Assembly (NCBI GenBank): GCA_031366795.1 | Contig: JANLOX010000039.1 | Span: 1-13,523 of the forward strand | Direction of reading: 5' to 3' | Source: Candidatus Eiseniibacteriota bacterium | Lineage (GTDB): Bacteria; Eisenbacteria; RBG-16-71-46 | Length of the DNA stretch: 13,523 bases | Shown: in pieces, positions 8,638 to 13,523 of the stretch | Position numbering within the stretch: the first letter of the stretch is position 1 | Layout of the letters: each line of letters opens with the position of its first letter | Notes under the pieces: generated by a model | Seen by the model: the letters and a program-made list of their open reading frames with translations, nothing else | The model's database searches: none | What the model was told of the DNA's origin: nothing | Made by a program: the position numbers and the translations under genes

Positions 8638-9212
8638 AGCGCTCCTTCCCGCTGCTCGTCAGTATCGCCGGCCTGATTCTCTGGGCCGATCAATGGACCA
8701 AGAGCTGGGCCGAGAGCACGCTGATCGCCCGGCCTCCGGTGAACGTGATCGGTGAGATCGTGCGCCTGACCTACACGCGTAATTCCGGCGTGGCATTCGG
8801 GCTGGGGCAGGGCCACGGCTTCCCGTTCTACCTGTTCTCAATCGCCGCAGTACTGGTCCTATTGTTTATGTTTGCCCGCCACCGGACACATTCCCTGATG
8901 CGGCAGCTGGCGCTGGCGTTGATCCTCGGTGGTGCCCTCGGCAATCTCGTCGACCGCCTGACGACGGGCGAAGTCGTCGATTTCATCCTCATCGGCTGGC
9001 GCCAATGGTACTGGCCGGTGTTCAATGTGGCAGATTCGGCAGTCTCGATCGGCGTGGTGTTGTTCGCGTTGACGTGGTTGCAACAGGAAAACCCACCCGC
9101 TGCTGAGGCCCTCACCCATGACGACCCCCATGCAGTGGACCGTCCCGGAACCGAACACGGGGGAGCGGCTGGATCGCTTCCTGGCCGCGGCGCAGACGGA
9201 CCTCTCGCGTAG
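8634..9212 (+). CDS. lspA: Lipoprotein signal peptidase II
   Basis: DQWTK, NSGVAFG, GGALGNLVDR, GEVVDFI and WPVFNVADS motifs. GTG 8634 overlaps the upstream stop (GTGA). Confidence 0.96.
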   Translation: MKRSFPLLVSIAGLILWADQWTKSWAESTLIARPPVNVIGEIVRLTYTRNSGVAFGLGQGHGFPFYLFSIAAVLVLLFMFARHRTHSLMRQLALALILGGALGNLVDRLTTGEVVDFILIGWRQWYWPVFNVADSAVSIGVVLFALTWLQQENPPAAEALTHDDPHAVDRPGTEHGGAAGSLPGRGADGPLA

Positions 9213-10104
9213 CCAGCTCCAGACGCTGATCCGCGACGGCAGGGTCGAGGTCAATGGCCGTCCGGCCCGCGTGTCGCACCGGGTGCAGACCGGCGATGCG
9301 ATTACCGTCGAGATGCCCGAGGCCCCCGACCACGCGGGGCTCGAGCCGGAAGCCATTGCGCTCGACATCGTGTTCGAGGACGAACACCTGCTGGTGGTCA
9401 ACAAACCCGCCGGGATGGTCGTGCACCCGGGGGCCGGCGTGACCAGCGGGACCCTGGTCCACGCACTGCTCCATCATGTGCCCGCGATCCGCACGGTGGG
9501 CGGCGCGGACCGCCCGGGCATCATTCACCGGCTCGACAAGGAAACCTCCGGACTGCTGCTCGTCGCAAAGACCGCACGCATGCATCGCGAGTTGGTCGAC
9601 ATGATGCGCCGCCGCGAAGTGAGCCGCGTCTACCACGCGCTGATCTGGCGGGATCCGCGTGAGTCCGAGGGCGTGATCGACGCGCCGCTGGCGCGCGACC
9701 AACGCGAGCGCAAGCGCATGATGGTGGTGACGCACGGGGGACGCCAGGCGGTGACGCACTGGCGCGTGCTGGAGCGCTATGGCCTCGCAACTTTGCTCGA
9801 GGTGCGGCTCGAGACCGGGCGCACCCACCAGATCCGCGTCCACCTGGCGCACATCCGCTACCCCGTCGTGGGCGACCCGACGTATGGCGGGAGGCCCAAA
9901 AAGCAGTTGAGCGCGGACGATCGCGAGCGTAGCCTCGCAATCGAGTTGCTCCGCTGCCTGCCCCGGCAGGCATTGCATGCCGCCGAATTGGCGTTCACGC
10001 ATCCGGTTACGGGTGAGGAACGCACGTTCACTTCTGCCCTTCCCAACGACTTTGAACTGGCCCTGACCCAGCTGCGGGCATTCGCCCTGAGCCGGAAGGC
10101 CTGA
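9118..10104 (+). CDS. rluD: RluA/RluD-family 23S rRNA pseudouridine synthase with N-terminal S4 domain
   Basis: RLDRFLA..LSRS (S4), VVNKPAGMVVHP, RPGIIHRLDKETSG, LETGRTHQIRVH and RQALHA motifs. Follows lspA. Start is 9118 or 9130. Confidence 0.92.
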   Translation: MTTPMQWTVPEPNTGERLDRFLAAAQTDLSRSQLQTLIRDGRVEVNGRPARVSHRVQTGDAITVEMPEAPDHAGLEPEAIALDIVFEDEHLLVVNKPAGMVVHPGAGVTSGTLVHALLHHVPAIRTVGGADRPGIIHRLDKETSGLLLVAKTARMHRELVDMMRRREVSRVYHALIWRDPRESEGVIDAPLARDQRERKRMMVVTHGGRQAVTHWRVLERYGLATLLEVRLETGRTHQIRVHLAHIRYPVVGDPTYGGRPKKQLSADDRERSLAIELLRCLPRQALHAAELAFTHPVTGEERTFTSALPNDFELALTQLRAFALSRKA

Positions 10105-10111
10105 GCCCACC

Positions 10112-10564
10112 ATGCTCCAGACTGCGGTCCCCGATGTGATCAGCGTAAGGATGCCCAGCCGCCTCGAATTGCTCGCCCTGCTCGACGGCGTGACGACTTC
10201 GGTGTGCGACCGGCTCCATGTCGACGGCGACACCGCCTCGCTCATCTCGATGTCCGTGATCGAGGCCGGCACGAACGCCATCCAACACGGCCACAAGCGC
10301 GACGCCACGCGTCCCGTGGATATCGACTTCAAACTGTTCGCGGATCGTATCGAGGTCTCGGTGTTCGACTCGGGGCCGGGATTCGACCTCAAGGACATCC
10401 ATGCCGACGCGACCTCGCCCGAACACCTGTTCGATGCCCGCGGCCGCGGCATCTTCATCATGCGCAGCTGCATGGACACGGTGGACTACGAGTTCTCGAA
10501 GACGGGCACGACCTGCCACCTGATGAAGCGTTTCCCGCCGCCCGCTCCTGCCGCGGCGGAGTAG
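10112..10564 (+). CDS. RsbW/SpoIIAB-like anti-sigma factor Ser/Thr kinase (HATPase_c_2)
   Basis: EAGTNAIQHG (N box), D.GPGFD (G1), RGRGIFIM...MD.V.Y (G2). Stand-alone domain of 150 aa. Confidence 0.85.
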   Translation: MLQTAVPDVISVRMPSRLELLALLDGVTTSVCDRLHVDGDTASLISMSVIEAGTNAIQHGHKRDATRPVDIDFKLFADRIEVSVFDSGPGFDLKDIHADATSPEHLFDARGRGIFIMRSCMDTVDYEFSKTGTTCHLMKRFPPPAPAAAE

Positions 10565-10568
10565 GCGA

Positions 10569-11099
10569 GTGGCGAGAATCCTGGCCGTTGATTGGGGTGA
10601 GCGACGCATTGGGCTGGCGATCAGCGATCCGCAGGGCATCATCGCCGTGGGACTCGACACCCTGACCGTCACCGGCCACGACATGGCCGCCACCCGCGTT
10701 GCCGAGATCGCGCGCGAAGCGGAAGCCGAATCCATCGTCGTGGGACTGCCGCTGTTGATGTCGGGAGTGCGCGGCGAGGCTGCCCAGTCCGCGGAACGCT
10801 TCGCGGCGCTGGTGGCGAAGCGCAGCGGGCTGCCCGTCGACACCTACGATGAGCGGCTGACGAGCGCGTTGAGCCAGCGCCGCCTGCGCGAAACAGGCGT
10901 GCGCACAGGGCACGCGCGAGGGCGCGTCGACCAGGGCGCGGCGATCGCGCTGCTCGAGTCCTACCTGATGCGGCTGGCCTCGCGGGCGCGCGAAGCAGTC
11001 TCGCCCGAAAGTGACGAGGCGGATGATGGTCGTGACGCGTCGCCCGCGCCGCCCACTCCACCTGGGCAGCCCGGCGAGCGGGAGCCCGAAGGCCCATGA
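10569..11099 (+). CDS. ruvX: YqgF/RuvX family nuclease (putative pre-16S rRNA nuclease)
   Basis: RILAVDWGERRIGLAISD, IVVGLPL.MSG, YDERLTS and VDQGAAIALLESYL motifs, followed by an acidic/Pro-rich tail. Confidence 0.95.
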   Translation: MARILAVDWGERRIGLAISDPQGIIAVGLDTLTVTGHDMAATRVAEIAREAEAESIVVGLPLLMSGVRGEAAQSAERFAALVAKRSGLPVDTYDERLTSALSQRRLRETGVRTGHARGRVDQGAAIALLESYLMRLASRAREAVSPESDEADDGRDASPAPPTPPGQPGEREPEGP

Positions 11100-12205
11100 C
11101 GCCGCGCGAACCCAGGCCCCAATCGGCCCGGCGCCGGCCATTCCGGCCGCGACGCTGGGCGCTGCTGCTACTGGTTGCCGCGGGGCTGGCCATCGCATGG
11201 CACTTGTTCCTGCCCGCCGGGTTGAACCCGCCCGATGAGCGGCGCGTGGTGCTGATCGAACGCGGCGCCACCGTGCACGGCATCGCCACGGAGTTGGTGC
11301 GGGTCGGGCTCGTGCAGGGAACCATTGGTTTCGAAGCGCTCGCGCGGCTGATGCGGCTCGATCGCGGCATCAAGGCGGGGCAGTATTCGTTCAAGCTGGG
11401 CACCACGGTGCCCGCGCTGTTGCGGGCCCTGGCGCGCGGCATGGGCGGTCTCGACTTGGTGACCCTCCCCGAGGGCCTGACGGTGAAGCAAGTGAGCGGA
11501 ATTCTCGCCGGGCACCTCGGCGTGCCGGCGGCGGCCTTCGATTCGTTGGCGAAGGATCGTGCCTTCCTCGACTCGCTGGGCATCGCAGCACCCTCCATCG
11601 AGGGCTACCTTGCGCCGGATTCGTACGAGTTTCTTCCCGGCACGCTGCCCGAGGTCGCCTTCCGCACCATGGTGCAGCGCACGCAGTCGATCCTGCTCGA
11701 TGCTTCCGCCGGTCGTGATTCACTGCCGCTGGGGCTATCGCTGCAGCAATTGCTGGCACTGGCCTCGATCGTCGAATCCGAGGCCCAACGCCCCGAGGAG
11801 CGGGCGCGGATCGCGCGCGTATACCTCAACCGGCTGCAAATCGGCATGCGACTCCAGGCGGACCCCACGGTGGCCTACGGCGAGGGCCGCCCGCCGCGTT
11901 CCCGCTTGTTCTTGCGGGAGCTGCAGCATCCTTCGCCCTACAACACCTATCTTCACGAAGGGCTACCGCCGGGCCCGATCTGCAACCCTGGCAGGTCCAG
12001 CATCGAGGCGTCGCTGAACCCTACCGAGGGGCTCACGGACCTGTATTTTGTCGCGCGGGGTGATGGCCGGCACCTATTCTCGGGGACCTACGCCGAGCAC
12101 CTGAAAAACATCCAGACCGCCCATGCCATGATCGCGGCCCGTGCGGAAAGCCTTGCAGTGGACACGACGGCGCACGACACTGTCGCGCTCACCCCCCGAA
12201 AATAA
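11096..12205 (+). CDS. mltG: Endolytic transglycosylase MltG (YceG family)
   Basis: N-terminal transmembrane segment; IKAGQY, VTLPEG, EGYLAPDSY, LASIVESE, LQADPTVAY, SPYNTY..GLPPGPICNPG and YFVARGDGRHLFS motifs. ATGA overlap with ruvX. Confidence 0.96.
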   Translation: MTPREPRPQSARRRPFRPRRWALLLLVAAGLAIAWHLFLPAGLNPPDERRVVLIERGATVHGIATELVRVGLVQGTIGFEALARLMRLDRGIKAGQYSFKLGTTVPALLRALARGMGGLDLVTLPEGLTVKQVSGILAGHLGVPAAAFDSLAKDRAFLDSLGIAAPSIEGYLAPDSYEFLPGTLPEVAFRTMVQRTQSILLDASAGRDSLPLGLSLQQLLALASIVESEAQRPEERARIARVYLNRLQIGMRLQADPTVAYGEGRPPRSRLFLRELQHPSPYNTYLHEGLPPGPICNPGRSSIEASLNPTEGLTDLYFVARGDGRHLFSGTYAEHLKNIQTAHAMIAARAESLAVDTTAHDTVALTPRK

Positions 12206-12324
12206 TCCGGGAACCGCCGGGCGAGGCGTTGGGGTATATCCTTCAACGCCCCACGGTGGCGGTGGCACAGGATCGATCCTCGCTGGGATCGGCTGGTGCG
12301 CCAGCCCCAAAAGCTGGCCGTGCT

Positions 12325-12384
12325 ATAGCCGACACCCGGCTCGGACCGATTGGCCCGAGTGGTTGTGGGCTATTTGTTTTTGTT
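12325..12384 (+). terminator. Putative intrinsic terminator or attenuator hairpin
   Basis: Imperfect hairpin ATAGCC..GCTCGG.CC-GATT-GG.CCGAGT..GGCTAT (12325-12373) followed by TTGTTTTTGTT. Confidence 0.45.
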
Positions 12385-12412
12385 ACTACCGTGAGGATGG
12401 AGGGAATCGAGC

Positions 12413-12661
12413 ATGAGCCAAAGCAAGCCGGTGGTCAGGCCCCGAAGCCAGCGCAAGCCGGCTGAGACCGACCTGGGGTTCAACTGGGGGCCGCTCAACA
12501 GCGCCCTCCTGGGCCTCGGAGTCGTGCTCATCCTGGCGGGGTATCTCGCGCTTTCGAAGGGTTCGATCACCCTCGCCCCGCTACTTCTCGTCGCCGGGTA
12601 CGTCGTTGTGGTCCCGGCAGCCCTCGTTCTCTTGGGTAGGGGCAATATCTCGGGCGAATAG
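12413..12661 (+). CDS. Small two-TM membrane protein, DUF3098-like
   Basis: GGAGG ribosome-binding site at 12399-12403. Basic N-terminus, then 'N..LLGLGVVLILAGYLAL..GSITLAPLLLVAGYVVVVPAAL', which resembles DUF3098 as I recall it. The family call needs an HMM check. Confidence 0.75.
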   Translation: MSQSKPVVRPRSQRKPAETDLGFNWGPLNSALLGLGVVLILAGYLALSKGSITLAPLLLVAGYVVVVPAALVLLGRGNISGE

Positions 12662-12727
12662 CTCAGCTGGCAGAGCACTTGCCTTACAAGCAAGGGGTCA
12701 CAGGTTCGAGCCCTGTTTCGCCCACCA
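12652..12727 (+). tRNA. tRNA-Val (TAC), CCA encoded
   Basis: GGGCGAATAGCTCAGCTGGCAGAGCACTTGCCTTACAAGCAAGGGGTCACAGGTTCGAGCCCTGTTTCGCCCACCA. Perfect 7-bp acceptor stem; anticodon arm CTTGC-CTTACAA-GCAAG. Confidence 0.97.
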
Positions 12728-12857
12728 TACGTGTGGCAAAAAGGACTCAAAGGTCAGGTTTGGGTTCTGGATTTGTTAAGTGTCTTGCTGTGTCGGGAGC
12801 ACCAATTACCCGTCCGCTAAACGGGTGGCAGAACGGTGATTGGGTACTAAAAGTTTC

Positions 12858-12887
12858 TTGACATGCTCCGAGATCGAGGCCTAGACT
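12858..12887 (+). promoter_or_regulatory. Putative strong sigma70 promoter for the secreted-protein gene
   Basis: Consensus TTGACA (12858-12863), N18, TAGACT (12882-12887), with an A/T-rich stretch (TAAAAGTTTC) just upstream. Confidence 0.65.
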
Positions 12888-13077
12888 TTCTTCGGCTCGG
12901 AAGGCCATGTGGTCTTTCCAATTAACGTCATTCGTTACCAGTCTTGCAGACCATCTTTTTAATTCTGAAGCGTCGAAAGGAGGTGGCTGTAGCCCGACCC
13001 GAGTCCTTGCAACTGAGATCCACAAAGCAATCCAGTGCATGCCTCATCGCTCATTTCATTTCTCTGGAGGTGCAACA

Positions 13078-13523
13078 ATGACTCGTGTTGTCCGCAATGC
13101 CGCGCTCCTTTGCGCTGCCGGCATTCTCGTAGCTTCCGCGGTCATGGCGAACGTGCCGGATCCCGCAAAGTCGCAGCTGCAGAGCCAGTACATCGCCGTT
13201 GAAGGTTCGACCGGTGGCAACCCCGACAACTGCTCGGATAACCGCTGTGGCAACTTCAGCGTCACCGTTCGTGACTTCGCGAACAACGTCATCGCTGGTT
13301 CCACGGTTGTCATCGATTTCTCTGCCTGCTCGGATATCCAGATTTCCTGCGACCAGCTGAACGCGGTCACCGGCCAGACGTTCCTCGCCGGCAAGAAGGT
13401 CTCGGGCACGACGAACGCCCTCGGCCAGTTCACCTTCAAGGTGCAGGGTGCCTCGAACGCCCAGCCGACCACGAACAACACGACGACGGCTGGCACGGTG
13501 CTCACCACTGGGTCTCCCTCGCC
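13078..13523 (+). CDS. Secreted protein with Sec signal peptide and Ig-like (Big_1-like) motifs, 3'-truncated
   Basis: Not in the ORF track because it has no stop in the window. GGAGGT ribosome-binding site, ATG 13078, open to the end of the window: MTRVVRNAALLCAAGILVASAVMA|NVPDPAKSQ...FSVTVRDFANNVIAGSTVVIDFS...GTTNALGQFTFKVQG. Confidence 0.85.
   Translation, partial: MTRVVRNAALLCAAGILVASAVMANVPDPAKSQLQSQYIAVEGSTGGNPDNCSDNRCGNFSVTVRDFANNVIAGSTVVIDFSACSDIQISCDQLNAVTGQTFLAGKKVSGTTNALGQFTFKVQGASNAQPTTNNTTTAGTVLTTGSPS

Noticed and set aside
9112..10479. 455-aa minus-strand ORF, and other long antisense ORFs (447-1307, 1910-2776, 5902-6816, 10669-11598)
   Set aside because: These are antisense shadows of well-supported genes, expected in high-GC DNA where stop codons are rare.
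12210..12237. Alternative-sigma promoter GGAAC-N17-GGGTAT linked to the RsbW-like gene
   Set aside because: It mixes an ECF-type -35 with a SigB/SigF-type -10 and lacks the GTTT -35. A single instance is too weak to call.
12206..12245. c-di-AMP (ydaO) riboswitch, suggested by GGGAACC...TTGGGGTATATC
   Set aside because: The downstream conserved elements (GTAGGG; CCGNCAGCTAAC) are absent.
12260..12272. T-box motif (GGTGGCAC) upstream of a tRNA
   Set aside because: It is not UGGNACC, no stem I or specifier loop is recognisable, and the position relative to the terminator does not fit.
12733..12832. c-di-GMP-I riboswitch (GGCAAA...CAAAG...CTAAA...GGCAG fragments)
   Set aside because: There is no P2 stem with a GNRA loop between GGCAAA and the downstream motif, and it lies upstream of the likely promoter.
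12728..13077. Genomic island or prophage boundary at tRNA-Val (GC drops to about 49% by hand count)
   Set aside because: No integrase and no duplicated tRNA 3' end in the window. The lower GC is explained by promoter and leader sequence, and the next gene looks native.
13056..13508. 150-aa minus-strand ORF in the track
   Set aside because: Antisense to the + strand gene at 13078, which has a ribosome-binding site, promoter and signal peptide.

Overview
This is a GC-rich bacterial chromosome segment made mostly of core housekeeping genes. Gene order, + strand unless noted: GerMN-domain gene (5'-truncated), murI, rph, rdgB, a PAS-PAS hybrid histidine kinase, a minus-strand tRNA cluster (Pro-TGG, Arg-TCT, His-GTG), ssb, tmRNA (tag ANEQLLLAA), yggS, yggT, DUF167, a DksA/TraR zinc-finger protein with a long Lys/Ala/Pro-rich N-terminus, lspA, an RluA/RluD pseudouridine synthase, an RsbW-like ATPase, ruvX/yqgF, mltG, a small DUF3098-like membrane protein, tRNA-Val(TAC), and the start of a secreted Ig-like protein that the ORF track missed. 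I found no integrase, transposase or CRISPR array. Three observations stand out. (1) The stop codon of the small membrane protein lies inside tRNA-Val, so RNase P maturation of a co-transcript would leave a non-stop mRNA. (2) The ~200-nt region upstream of that gene has mutually exclusive, attenuator-like hairpins. (3) The long leader of the secreted-protein gene contains a perfect Shine-Dalgarno motif with no start codon. The last protein suggests a Ca. Eisenbacteria/Latescibacterota-like host, but this is an unverified inference. All calls come from reading motifs by eye; no database searches were run.
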